A program made the translations under genes and the position numbers. From Octopus sinensis (lineage: Eukaryota), in assembly GCF_006345805.1 (NCBI RefSeq), contig NC_043009.1, positions 46,376,001-46,440,000 of the forward strand: 64,000 bases of DNA. The letters run 5' to 3'. The number at the start of each line of letters is the position of its first letter. Within the stretch, counting starts at the first letter, position 1. The notes under the pieces are model-generated. The model saw nothing but the letters and a program-made list of their open reading frames with translations. It was not told the origin of the DNA and made no database searches. This document shows positions 26,792 to 39,680 of this stretch, piece by piece.

Positions 26792-28067
26792 CGAGGGGCG
26801 TTCAATAAGTAATGCCCCTGACCCACTTCCCATAGCAGTAGAGCAACGAAACTTGGCACAGTTATTAGTCTTTTTTACATAGGAAACCAACCAGAGTTAC
26901 GCATTTCTCCCATCGTTTGATGCGGGCTCGGAGACCGTTTTGAGAAGAACCCAGCTTGTTCCTCAACCTCAACGTGACTTCAGAAATCAAGGCTGCATCA
27001 TCTGGGAAACGCTTTCCTTTCAAAAACAACTTCATGATTGAGAAGAGGTGAAAATCAGAGGGTGCAAGGTCAGGAAAGTAGGGGGGATGGGGAGGAGTTT
27101 ATAGCCATACGCTTGTGCTTCTGATCTGGCGACAAGCGAGTTGTGGACCGGAGCGTTGTCCTGCAGGAGGAGGATGCCTTGCTGATCTTGCCCCCCCTCT
27201 TGATTTTGATAGCTTCTCTTAATTTCCTCAAAAGTGAAGCATAATAGGCTCTGCAATTGTGGTACCTTTGCCAGGAAATCTGTTATCACTACTCCGTCTG
27301 CACCCAGAAGACTGTGAGCATGACCTTGCCAGCGGAGGGGCTGCACCCTTGCCTTCTTTGGAGGGGGTGAGTCACGGTGCTTCCACTGCATTGACTGGGC
27401 TTTGGTCTCTGGATCATCGTGATGGACCCAGGTTTCATCCTGTGTAATCAGTCTTTTGAACAATTTTGACTCATCTTGGCACATCTCCAAATTCACCCTC
27501 GAGCACTCGACGCGTTCTTGCTTCTGGAAAGGCGTGAGCCACCTGGGAATCCATCTGGCAGACACCTTTTGCATATGCAAATTGTCATGAATGATAATTT
27601 CCACAGACCCGGTACTAATCTTGACCTCATGGGCTATTTGGCGAATAATTATGCGTCGATCTTCCAAAATGGCAGACTCAACTTGATTGACAGATGCCTC
27701 ATCAATGGCAGAAGGGGGCGACCAGATCTGGGAGCTGTTTCCAGAGAGTTCCCACCATGTTTGAATTCACGATGCCAGCGTTTTTCAAGGTCATATGATG
27801 GGGCATCATCACCATAAGTTACTTTCATTTCATGAAAAGTCTCCCGTGGTGTGCGTCCTTTCAAATACAAAAACCGGATCACTGCTCGACACTCAACAGG
27901 TTCCATTTCACACTTGACTCGGTTCAAACACCTGTAAATCAGACACTACAATTAATTCAGAGCTGTAATTTGACACTTACTCTATGGAGATATAAATGAT
28001 TGCACATGCAAAATTTCAGCTATATCAAACAAGTGGGTCAGAGGCATTACTTATTGAACGTCCCTCG
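26792..28067 (-). mobile_element. Second copy of the same mariner insertion (inside the inverted duplication)
   Basis: Same TIRs and TA flanks; ORFs 27649-27927 and 27032-27667; ITQDETW. Confidence 0.97.
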
Positions 28068-28646
28068 TAATTAAAGTTATGCAATAAATAATAAAGAAGA
28101 TATACGCTTTAAGCGCAAGGATTAAGAGTAGCTTTGAGATAAAGCAATTGCTTCCGTAATCGTTTTCTCTTTTAAAACAATGTTGACTATTAATTTAATT
28201 CCTTTAAGTCTCAGTAATTCAATGCAGATCTACAATTTATATACCACGAATGGCTGTTTCCCTACCGATCCATTCTAGAACTTGTATCGACCTCCAGGCC
28301 ACAGGAAACTTTTACAACTATATGTGTTACGCATTATACAGTACTTCGTTATTCGTAAACTTTTGGCGATTAAAGAAGGTTGGTTCGCAAATCATACCGT
28401 CGTTTATTTATAGTCTTCCATAAAATAGACCCACCTTAATAATGTATAATGCTGAACAAACATAATACACCACACACACATACATACACACACAATTATG
28501 TCAAGTCATATATAAAAACAATCTAACGTTCGACCAAACGATTTTCCACTTATTTCTACTGGAGTACATAACTATAAAACTTCTACAAAGAAAAGGCGGA
28601 TACTGATTTATACATACATACTTTCATTCGTATATATATATATTAT

Positions 28647-28685
<39 letters not shown>

Positions 28686-28687
28686 TG

Positions 28688-28728
<41 letters not shown>

Positions 28729-28794
28729 GTATGTATATATAATATATATATATATATATATAATACCCATACATATACATATACATGCATACAC

Positions 28795-28836
<42 letters not shown>

Positions 28837-29094
28837 TAATAAAATATAAAACATATGCATATATGTATATACATATATGTACGTACCAACCTCTACATGT
28901 ATATATACACGCATATATGAGTACAGGACACCCAAAAAAACGTCGAACACAATGAAGAAGAAAGAAACAAACTAGACAAAAACCCAAGGAACTGGACATT
29001 TTTGTTAAACAACAAAAAAATAGAGTACAAGACAAATAACACAAGGAAAAAAACCCTTCTTCAGTCGCCATGGTTTCATCTACTCTAGATATAT

Positions 29095-29290
29095 ATGTGT
29101 GTGTCTTTGTTTATTTGTTTCAGTCAATTGATTGCAGCTATGCTAGAGTACCGCTTTGAAGAGTTTCAGTTGAACAAATCGACCCCAGGAATTATTTTAA
29201 AGCCTACTATCTATTCTATCGGTCTCTGTGCCGAACTGTTAAGTTACAGGGACATGTACAAACCAACACCAATTGCCAATCGGTAATGGG
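29095..29290 (-). mobile_element. SINE family A 3' half, diverged
   Basis: TTGTTTCAGTCAATTGATTGCAGCTATGCT...GCCGAACTGTTAAGTTAC. Confidence 0.7.
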
Positions 29291-29416
29291 AAGGCAATAC
29301 GTGTGCATTGAATCCAGTTTTATAATAAATCTATTTCTGTTTCAACATCTCTCCATTTTTTATACTTGCTCATGGTATATTCTTATACCTAAAACGAATC
29401 TACTCATATATCTCTC

Positions 29417-29872
29417 TTACTCTTTTACTTGTTTCAGTCATTTGACTGTGGCCATGCTGGAGCACCGCCTTTAGTCGAGCCAATCGACCCCGGGTCTTAT
29501 TCTTTGTAAGCCTAGTACTTATTCTGTCGGTCTCTTTTGCCGAACCGCTAAGTTACGGAGACGTAAACACACCAGCATCGGTTGTCAAGCGATGTTGGGG
29601 GGACAAACACAGACATACAAATATACACACACACACACACACACAACACCACACACACACCACACATATTATATATATATAATATATATATATATATACA
29701 TATATTACGACGGGCTTCTTTCAGTTTCCGTCTACCAAATCCACTCACAAGGCATTGGTCGGCCCGGGGCTATAGTAGAAGGCACTTGCCCAACGAGCCA
29801 CGCAGTGGGACTGAACCCTGAACCATGTGGTTGGTAAGCAAGCTACTTACCACACAGCCACTCCTACGCCTA
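29417..29872 (-). mobile_element. SINE family A, full-length reference-like copy
   Basis: Head AGTGGCTGTGTGGTAAG, B box GGTTCAGTCCC, internal (CA/TA)n, tail GGCGGTGCTCCAGCATGGCCACAGTCAAATGACTGAAACAAGTAAAAGAG. Confidence 0.92.
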
Positions 29873-30169
29873 TATATATATGAATGTATATATATTTGTA
29901 TGTATATATGCACGTATGTATATTTATACGCATATATGTACTTTTACGTAAATATAGGTTTAAGTGGGGGGATTGCTTTACTGTCACCTTGCTTTGACAA
30001 CAGGCAATTGTAGTAAGCAAGTGTCACTGACATGCAAGAGGTGTCCTTCGTTTCCAATCTGCCATATAACATATCTGGATATGGTAAAGTATTACTTAGG
30101 AAGAGGTATTCAGCCATACAAAATCTGTCCGAGTGGAACAACTCTTTAAAGAAATTTTTAGTCGAAGAA

Positions 30170-30300
30170 AGTGATCTTAGGATGTATCCTTTGGAAGCTT
30201 ACTCTATCGGAGTGTTAGGACGAACGGCTAAATCACGGAGACGTAAACATCGGTTGTCAAGTGACAGTGAGGGAACAACCACAGAGAGGAAGACACACAC
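30170..30300 (-). mobile_element. SINE family A middle fragment
   Basis: TACTCTATCGG...GAACGGCTAAATCACGGAGACGTAAACATCGGTTGTCAAG. Confidence 0.6.
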
Positions 30301-30479
30301 ATAAGTATATACATATACATACATGCATATGTATGTAATATATATATATATTGTATATATAATATGTATATATATATCTATATAATATATATATCTATAT
30401 ATATATATTATACATATATTATATACATATATAATATATGTGTATATATATATATGTATATATAATAGATATATATTAT

Positions 30480-32263
30480 ATATAGAGGGCATAATTATAC
30501 ATACATGCCAGGAGGCATTATATATACTTGCCAAACGCTAAGAGGGACAATCAGTCATTTCTACCTACCAAAAATATTACTAATCCTACCGAATGCAATT
30601 TTTCAAAGTAGACATTTAAAAATATAGGCCTGTATCACAGTGATTTCATACTTACGTAATCATCAGCAGGCCTGAATGTATTATAAATAAACAACGACCC
30701 TGCCTCGCTTAAGCGAACAGCTAACTGATCAACATCAACGAAGCACATGGTGAGTTTATATATTTACATCCGGGTGAATGGCAAACTTTTACAAAATTGC
30801 ATTTCGGGAGAGGAAAAGTTTTTTCGGAATAAAAATTTTGCAATTAAGGACAAACTACTTAATAGGAAAACTTAACAAGAAATTGTCAGGTAGATAGCGT
30901 AAAAACCTCATAAGAAAAAATTTCGAAAATAATTATTTCTTATTGAACATATTAATTTATATATAGAGGGCATAATTATACATACATGCCAGGAGGCATT
31001 ATATATACTTGCCAAACGCTAAGAGGGACAATCAGTCATTTCTACTACCAAAAATATTACTAATCCTACCGAATGCAATTTTTAAAAGTAAGACATTTAA
31101 AAATATAGGCCTGTATCACAGTGATTTCATACTTACGTAATCATCAGCAGCCTGAATGTATTATAATAAACAACGACCCTGCCTCGCTTAAGCCGAACAG
31201 CTAACTGATCAACATCAACGAAGCACATGGGTGAGTTTAAATATATTACATATCCGGGTGAATGGCAAACTTTTACAAAATTGCATTTCGGGAGAGGAAA
31301 AGTTTTTTCGGAATAAAAATTTTGCAATTAAGGACAACTACTTAATAAGGAAAACTTAACAAGAATTGTCAGGATATAGCGTAAAAACCTCATAAGAGAA
31401 AAAATTTCGAAAATAATATTTCTTATTGAACATATTAATTATATATAGAGGGCATAATTATACATACATGCCAGGAGGCATTATATATACTTGCCAAACG
31501 CTAAGAGGGACAATCAGTCATTTCTACCAAAAATATTACTAATCCTACCGAATGCAATTTTTCAAAGTAAGACATTAAAAATATAGGCCTGTATCACAGT
31601 GATTTCATACTTACGTATCATCAGCAGGCCTGAATGTATTATAAATAAACAACGACCCTGCCTCGCTTAAGCCGAACAGCTAACTGATCAACATCAACGA
31701 AGCACATGGGTGAGTTTATATATATTACATCCGGGTGAATGGCAAACTTTTACAAAATTGCATTTCGGGAGAGGAAGTTTTTTTCGGAATAAAAATTTTG
31801 CAATTAAGGACAATACTTAATAAGGAAAACTTAACAAGAAATTGTCAGTAGATGCGTAAAACTCATAAGAGAAAAAATTTCGAAAATAATTATTTCTTAT
31901 TGAACATATTAATTTATATATAGAGGGCATAATTATACATACATGATCATGATGATTACGTAAGTATGAAATCACTGTGATACAGGCCTATATTTTTAAA
32001 TGTCTTACTTTGCAAAATTGCATTCGGTAGGATTAGTAATATTTTTGGTAGAAATGACTGATTGTCCCTCTTAGCGTTTTGCAAGTATATATAATGCCTC
32101 CTGGCAGTATGTATAATTATGCCCTCTATATATAAATTAATATGTTCAATAAGAATAATTATTTTCGAAATTTTTATCTCTTAGGTTTTTTACGCTATCT
32201 ACCTGACAATTTCTTGTTAAGTTTTCCTTATTAAGAGTAGTTGTCCTTAATTGCAAAATTTTT
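30480..32263. repeat. About 480-bp unit in 3 direct tandem copies plus the start of a fourth, then an inverted partial copy
   Basis: GAGGGCATAATTATAC at 30485, 30966, 31448 and 31923 (periods 481/482/475); 31951-32263 is the reverse complement across a unit junction. Confidence 0.97.
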
Positions 32264-32365
32264 ATATATATATATATATATATACATATATAATATATGT
32301 GTATATATGTGTATATATATATATAATATATATATATATATATAATATATATATATATATGTATG

Positions 32366-32426
<61 letters not shown>

Positions 32427-32432
32427 ATATAT

Positions 32433-32493
<61 letters not shown>

Positions 32494-32584
32494 ATATGCC
32501 GTCGAAATTATGTGGACGATATCTTCAACCGAGACGGTACAACTTATCTGATTCTTCGAGTGCTCTAATTCTGTGTATAAGGTG

Positions 32585-32960
32585 CAGGCGTGTCTGTGTG
32601 GTAAGAAACATATTTCCCAGCCTCACGGTTTCGGGTTGAGTCTCACTGCGTGGCACCTTGGGTAGGTGGTTTCTATTATAGCCTAAGGCCGATCAAAGCC
32701 TTGAGAGTGGTTTTGGTAGACGGAAACTGAAAGAAACCCGACATATTTATTAATGTATAACTATATATGTTTGTATTTGTGTTTGTGTTTCTCACCCCAC
32801 CATTTCTTGACAACCGATGTCGGTGGGTGAACGTCACCGTAACTTAGCGGTTCAGTAAAAGCGACCCGTAAAAATAAGTACTAGGCTTACGAAGAATTGG
32901 CTACGGGCGATTTCTTTGACTAAAATCCTTTGAGGTGGTGCTGAAACGTGTAAAAGAATA
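32585..32960 (+). mobile_element. SINE family A, diverged
   Basis: GTGTGGTAAG...GGTTGAGTCTCACTGCGTGGCACCTTGGG...GTAGACGGAAACTGAAAGAA...GTAACTTAGCGGTTC. Confidence 0.85.
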
Positions 32961-33139
32961 AAAGACTATATTTACTGGATTTTGTCTACATGCATTTATT
33001 TTCTTTCGTTTTTTTTTGTTTTCTTTTGATATGCCATTTCCTATCATCTATGAAACTTTTAACATTTTTGACGACACAAGATTGCTACTAATATAATAAT
33101 ATTCCAGAACCAGATAAAAAGAACAAAAACCCAAATCTT

Positions 33140-33313
33140 AAACAATGAACAGTCACCCCACTTTTAATACAAATTTACAGACTATACAAATCCTTTCTTC
33201 AGTACGGGAATTTCTAAAGTTTAAACAATGAACAATCACCCCATTTTAATACAAATTACAAACTATACAAATCGTTGTTAATTACTTTCTTCAGTACGGG
33301 AATTTCTAAAGCT
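33140..33313. repeat. About 85-bp local tandem duplication
   Basis: AAACAATGAACA(G/A)TCACCCCA...CTTCAGTACGGGAATTTCTAAAG occurs twice. Confidence 0.85.
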
Positions 33314-33612
33314 TATAATTGCTTTAAAGGTAATACAAGGCCAGTAAAATATCTGTTTTAATGCATTTATGTCATCTGCAACAAAACACTTATATATAAC
33401 TCGTTTGACTTGTTTACTGTAACTAATGAATCCGTCAAATTATTATAACATGTTGCTAAATTTCGTCATAACAGCAATATATGACCGTCTGCTACGAGGT
33501 TGGAGTGCTAAGCAGTAATGTGTACAAATGCAGTTCAAATATTCTTGTGGCACGTACGAACCCTATAAGTTTGTGTATATACGCGTAGCATATATATACA
33601 CACATACCCACA

Positions 33613-33654
<42 letters not shown>

Positions 33655-33697
33655 ACACACACACACACATATACCAGTTGACATATTGTTTATTGAA

Positions 33698-33882
33698 AAA
33701 TAAAAACCCCAAAATTTTATACGTGCTTAAGTCAGAGATTTTTCAGCGTGTGTGCGCGCAAATGGTACAAACACGCATGTGTGTGTGTGTGTGTGTGTGT
33801 GTGTACGTGTATGTACCATTTGCGCGCGCACTGGCTAAAAAAATCTCTGACTTAAGCACGTATAAAATTTTGAGGCTTTTAC
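33698..33882. mobile_element. Small MITE-like inverted repeat around (GT)n
   Basis: CAAAATTTTATACGTGCTTAAGTCAGAGATTTTT...GCGCAAATGGTACA and its reverse complement. Confidence 0.85.
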
Positions 33883-34799
33883 TGTTCAATAAGCTATATG
33901 TATATATATATATGCATGTATATATGTATGTATGCTTGTATATTTGTGTATGTATATGTTACACGTATATACACAAACATATACCGGATATGGCGCAAAG
34001 GTACGAAGAGAGAAGATTGTTTCCCGTTCACGGTAAAGGCGCGAGTCCGGGTGGTCCCTGTGCAGAGATAGTCCGAGCACAGACAGATGTTGCAGCGAAT
34101 GACTGTTGGAGTGCAAGTGGCGCAAGACGGGGGTGTCATTCCCGAGTGTGATTTCTCGGATATATATATATATATATATAATATATATATATATAACCAT
34201 TTGTGTGTATGTACGTATATATGTATATATATATACATAATATATATATATATATATTATATTTATATATATATGTTATACACACAACTCACACCACACA
34301 AACACAATATAATATACATATGGATGTGTATATATATATACGTTATATAAGTGTATATTTATATATATATATATATATATACACACATAATATATATATA
34401 TGTACATAAAGTATAAATATATATATTACACACATCTATATGTATATAAGTGTATGTAAACAATATATATTCATTAATTATATATATATATATTATATAT
34501 ATATATAATATATATATATATATATAATATATATATATAAAACAAAAAGTCAGAATGTGAGACTTGTGATTATATTTATTCAACCCCTTTTATGAATAGG
34601 ATTACGGCCGTTTCGCAACCATTACATTACACTACATAACATTACATACATTCATACACATATACACCTATGGGTATATGTAACCATATATACATATATG
34701 GAGATGTGCTCTCTTCTTTCTCCAGTTCAGAGAGGCTCGGAAACCGAAAGAACTCAGTACAGCTTATGTTACATATGAATAACCATAACTTAGAAACGT

Positions 34800-35640
34800 G
34801 TTGAGGACTGATTTTACTTTAATAAGTTTAACCTCATTTCATTCCAGTCGCAAATAAACTTTGTTAGTCTCTGTGAAGATAGCTTTCATGTAGGCCTTGA
34901 ACTTCATGTTTCTTCTTTCACTACAGCGAAGATAATTAGTCTTGGAAGAATTCAACAGCTGTTTTTATAAAGAAATATAGACTTCTCATGTAGCTTCCCT
35001 TCGACAGCCATAGAGCGTCTGCGAGCACCGACAGATTGCAGAGCTATTTCTTTTAAACATTCGGCAATTGAGATCATGTGTCTTGATATTTATTAACTCC
35101 TGTGATGTCAACACTCAACGATAGGTGCTTTGCAATAACATGTTGTCAGTGGATTCCACAACTGACCATAAACCCACTAGGTACGAATTGATGATGATAA
35201 TTTCCATCCATGGAGCCCTGTCCCTTGCGCAGACAAGAATGCTGGCAAGCAGGATGATTTTCTATTTGAAAAAAATTCCAATAACATAAAATGCTGACTT
35301 GTCTTGTCTATCTATTTCCATTTGTTTTGCAAATAATAGCTGTTGACCTAAACTGCCATCTTTCACAAAACGAACATTTTTAACTAAAATCCCAATAAAA
35401 TATACCAGAAAACACGAAAGGTGTTCTGGAGATGCTGCCCAGATTTGGTGAGAACTCTGATTCAAAATAATTCCTCTGCAGAATTTCGGAATAAATATAC
35501 AACTTTACATTTCTTCGACAACTTCTCCGAGTTTATTTTCAGCATCGATGAGGAATCAGAAGAGAAAATGTCCAACTGTCTTTTTTCCCCATCTTCTGCC
35601 CATTCCATTTCAGAGTACATAATCGGCTGTAATTATTTAC
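34800..35640 (-). pseudogene. Possible heavily decayed DDE transposase (Sola2-like motifs)
   Basis: Across frames, in order: VRFVKDGSLGQ (cf. FSDGCxGQ), WNFF, GQGSMDG (cf. HGKGxxDG); many stops, imperfect spacing, no TIR found. Confidence 0.3.
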
Positions 35641-36509
35641 ATTTAATTTTTTATGAAATAGTTTTTTCTGAAGTATTTGTTTAAAAAGAAATAAAATGGA
35701 AATACCGATTTGGCGTAATATTTTAAAAATCTTTCGGGCTCACCCCACCTCACATTTCCGTTTCTGAAGTACTACTTGGTCAGGTGTCTTCCTAAGTGAT
35801 AGATATTCCAAAACACTCCCAATAAGAATCCGAAGAACTTGTCGAAGAACGTTAAAAAAAAAAGAAGAATATTACGCCGGGTTACACGGTGTGCGAGTTT
35901 TTATATACACCTTCAATATCAATTTCGAAAATTCTTTAGAATTCAAAAGACAAAAATAAATGGTAGATTTCTAATGTCCACATTTTAAATCAACATTTAA
36001 AAAGTATACGAAAACTCTCAAACATGGAGAAATTTAGGGGAGATTTAAATATATTAAATTACATGTGCATATATTTTGAAAATCCGTAATGATTGAGTTT
36101 CTCAGGTGTAAATTTTAAAAACAAAAACAAATGTCGGAAGCATGACAAAGTCAAAAAGAGTGGTGTTAGTTAAATGTTAATGTGCTTCGATTGGACCGCC
36201 ACTACAGTATGTATACGCAGAGTGCTTCTTACGAAATACCAATTTTAAAACGATATATTATATTAATATATATTTATAATATAATTTAGGTATGTATTTA
36301 GGGGGGGGCTACGTGTAAGTTTGGTGATAGAAGGTGGGGGAAAGAGACGGTAATTGATAAGCTGCAGACTTGAAATTCTTTGCTCATGAGTCACATACGT
36401 AAGACTTCATCTAATAAATATGTATACACATATGCGTTTATATTCTCTCTCCTTTTCTATCTCTCACTCTCTCTTCCTCTCTCTCACTCTCCCTTTCTCT
36501 CTCTCTCAC

Positions 36510-36540
<31 letters not shown>

Positions 36541-36654
36541 ATCCATCAGTCTATCCATCAAGTTATCTGTCACTTCATACATATTCATACACAATACACA
36601 TACATGCACACATACACATATACTCTCACCGTACACCCACATATATACATACGA

Positions 36655-36722
<68 letters not shown>

Positions 36723-37263
36723 AGTATGTATTATATATACATGTATGTATATATGTATATGTATATATATATGTATTTATATGCATATATATATATATTT
36801 ATATGCATATATATATATATATTTATATGCATATATATATATGTATATATATGCATATATATATGTATATATATGTGTGTATGTATATATATATATGTAT
36901 ATATGCATTTATGTATAAATATATCTGTGTATATATATATATTCTATCTTGCTCGTATAACACATATTCTTGCGTCCCTCTAGTATTGTGTTACCTTTCC
37001 ACACCACACCAATTCTTGCTTCGTTTCTCATCTTTCTCCCAATGATTAATGACTATACAGTTTTGTTCCGAAAATAGCCAATCATCTAATACAGGCAGAG
37101 GTTCTGTCTGATTTGGAATTACGGAAACCATTTTTTAAAATTCTTTACTTTGCTGCCTTCTCATCACTTCTCTCTTTCATGGAGTATATCTGTATGTATG
37201 TATGTATGTATGTATGTATGTATGTATGTATGTTGTATGTATGTATGTATGTGTGTATGTGTG

Positions 37264-37334
<71 letters not shown>

Positions 37335-37346
37335 GTATATATATAT

Positions 37347-37429
<83 letters not shown>

Positions 37430-37618
37430 ACCAACTTTCTTATCTATCTATCTATATATATATATATATTATATATATATTTATATAGATATTAATTTTG
37501 TATATTATTATCGAAGGCAACATAAATAGTTGTAATAACATCAACATTAATATAGGTGGTTGCAGGTAAAAAATAGCATTATATAGCTATTGTACTAAAA
37601 TTATATTAATCATAAGCA

Positions 37619-37935
37619 CGCACTCATACGTTTACCTGCTAGAAATGACGCATAAATCTATATTTTTTGGTATTAGTATACACGTGGACCGGTTTCTGCT
37701 CTGATATAATAATCTTACTTTCCTCAGCAGGTAATACGTGCTGAGGAAGGTAAAGTTATATCAGGCCAGAAACAGGTCCACGCGTATCCTAATACCCAAA
37801 TATATAGCTTTATGAGGGATTTTTTGCCATCTGTTTCGCCCGGGCACTGTTGATTCTGTTAATATTTTCAGTGTTATTTTCGTGGTTTAAATGTGAGTTT
37901 TAGCTCTTATTTCTAGCAGGTAGATGTATGAGAGC
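37619..37935. mobile_element. Foldback/MITE-like element with outer TIRs and a nested hairpin
   Basis: Outer TACCTGCTAGAAAT / ATTTCTAGCAGGTA; inner arms 37651-37728 and 37738-37814. Confidence 0.75.
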
Positions 37936-38019
37936 GTCCGTAATGATTAATTTAATTATATGTATATTTATTTATGCATGTATGCATGTATCTATGTATT
38001 TACACTCTAAAGGCAGATC

Positions 38020-38470
38020 TTCGAGAAATTGCAGTCTACGCTTGCTTTGTAGACATTGAAAAGCTATTTGACTTAGGAGTCTAGCATAATTGAAACCTCT
38101 TGTTGCAGTGTATCCCTATACAAATGCCCAGGTATTTGTTTTCAGACAAACTGTGTTAAGTCAAGACGTTTCAACTGAGGTGTTAGCCTTTTCATAATTT
38201 TTATAAGCTAGATTGACACGTGCAGCCGTTCTCAAAGTGGTATCATATTCGCTAGGTGTAAGATCAATCGACAGATATTTGCAGACGACATGGTGCTACT
38301 TGGCTCATCAGAAGGTAATCTCCAGCATGCACTGTGGAGTTGTGCAATTTTGTGTTGAGAAGATTGAGACATCGGTCCTCTTAAGTAAGTTTTCCCATGT
38401 TGTTCAACATAGGAACATCACTGAAGCAAGTGGAGTTATATTCACGAATGATGGGAAGTAGGAGGCTCAA
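38020..38470 (+). mobile_element. RTE-type LINE RT fragment
   Basis: VYACFVDIEKLFD, IFADDMVLLGSSEGNLQHAL, LKQVE...FTNDG. Confidence 0.8.
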
Positions 38471-38589
38471 CAGTATGCTACAATTGTAGGTGCTGTCACA
38501 GTAGCGCAACACGGTCTTATAGTAGTCACTGCTTTCGAATAAATTGTCTATGTTCGTTCACCAAAATCCCTATGCCTGTGTTATCTCTT

Positions 38590-38765
38590 ATCTTTTATCT
38601 TCTATTTGTTTCAGTCACTTAACCGCGGCCATGCTGGGGCACCGCCTTGAAGAATGTTTTTAGTTGAATGCATCGACCCAAGTATTTATTTTTTTAAATC
38701 CTGGTACTTATTCTATCTGTAAACATCAGCAACGGTTGTCAAGCAGTGTGGAGGGACAAAAAAAG
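38590..38765 (-). mobile_element. SINE family A 3' fragment
   Basis: TTGTTTCAGTCACTTAACCGCGGCCATGCTGGGGCACCGCC. Confidence 0.75.
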
Positions 38766-38782
38766 TCACAAGCACAAAGGTA

Positions 38783-38867
<85 letters not shown>

Positions 38868-38868
<1 letters not shown>

Positions 38869-39208
38869 GAGGCGCAATGGCCCAGTGGTTAAGGCATCGG
38901 ACTCGCGCTCGTAGGATCGAGGGTTTGATTCCCAGACCGGGCGTTTTGAGTGTTTATTGAGCGGTGGCGAACCCTGCTTTACTCTTTCACCACAACTTTC
39001 TCTCACTCTTTCTTCCTGTTTCTGTTATATCTGTATTTCAAATGGCCAGCCTTGTTACGCTCTGTGTAACGCTGAATCTCCCCGAGAACTACGTTAAAGG
39101 TACACGTGACTGTGGAGTGTTCAGCCACTTACACGTTAATTTCACGTGCAGGCTGTTCTGTTGATCAGATCAACTGGAACCCTCGTCGTCGTAACCGACG
39201 GAATACCA

Positions 39209-39209
<1 letters not shown>
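38868..39209 (+). mobile_element. tRNA-derived SINE with the head/body of the 55426 family and a different, longer tail
   Basis: GGAGGCGCAATGGCCCAGTGGTT, GGTTTGATTCCC, tail GGAACCCTCGTCGTCGTAACCGACGG. Confidence 0.85.
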
Positions 39210-39273
<64 letters not shown>

Positions 39274-39344
39274 ACTTAGAGATATGTTTCGACCAAAGAT
39301 TGGTCCAGGCCATATCTAACTTAATAGCACCACCTGATAGGATT

Positions 39345-39521
39345 ATTTGAATCCTGTTTAAGTCAAGTTTTGTTTATGGTCCATTCAAGTAGTGAGTTTT
39401 TGTTGGGTGAGTTGTATCCAATTATGGGTGGCTTATCTGGTATTCCTTGAAGGAATCTATCCAGTCTCCGTTTAAAGTTGATGGGATCCTTTTCCTCTTT
39501 GATCTCTTTCGGGACATATAT
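39345..39521 (-). mobile_element. CR1/L2-group LINE extreme 3' fragment
   Basis: PINFKRRLDRFLQGIPDKP...NSL resembles FKSKLDIFLSRVPDEP...SN of the 52630 element. Confidence 0.7.
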
Positions 39522-39680
39522 ACGACGGGCTTCTTTCATTTTCCGCTTACCAAATCCACTCACGAGTATTTGGTTGGCCTGAGGCTATAGTAGAAGATAC
39601 TTGCCCACGGTCCTATACAATGGGACTGAAACCCGAACCATATGGTTGGGAAGCAAGATACTTACCACACAGCCAGGCCT
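39522..39680 (-). mobile_element. SINE family A 5' half
   Basis: ACGACGGGCTTCTTTCA...CTTACCACACAGCC. Confidence 0.8.

Larger units (their letters stand above)
22554..28143. repeat. Large inverted duplication: arms 22554-24812 and 25889-28143, spacer 1076 bp
   Basis: Arms are near-identical reverse complements, including the mariner, its outer flank and a SINE stack; identical ORFs 24023-24262(+) / 26440-26679(-) and 24639(+) / 26062(-). Confidence 0.97.

Noticed and set aside
22791-28000. Potentially active mariner transposase
   Set aside because: Both copies share a frameshift after GRP and have further indels; copy 1 also has D-to-E at the first catalytic residue.
30480-31945. Tandem array considered as CRISPR-like or as a coding repeat
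   Set aside because: Whole units are repeated with no unique spacers, no long ORF, and the context is eukaryotic.
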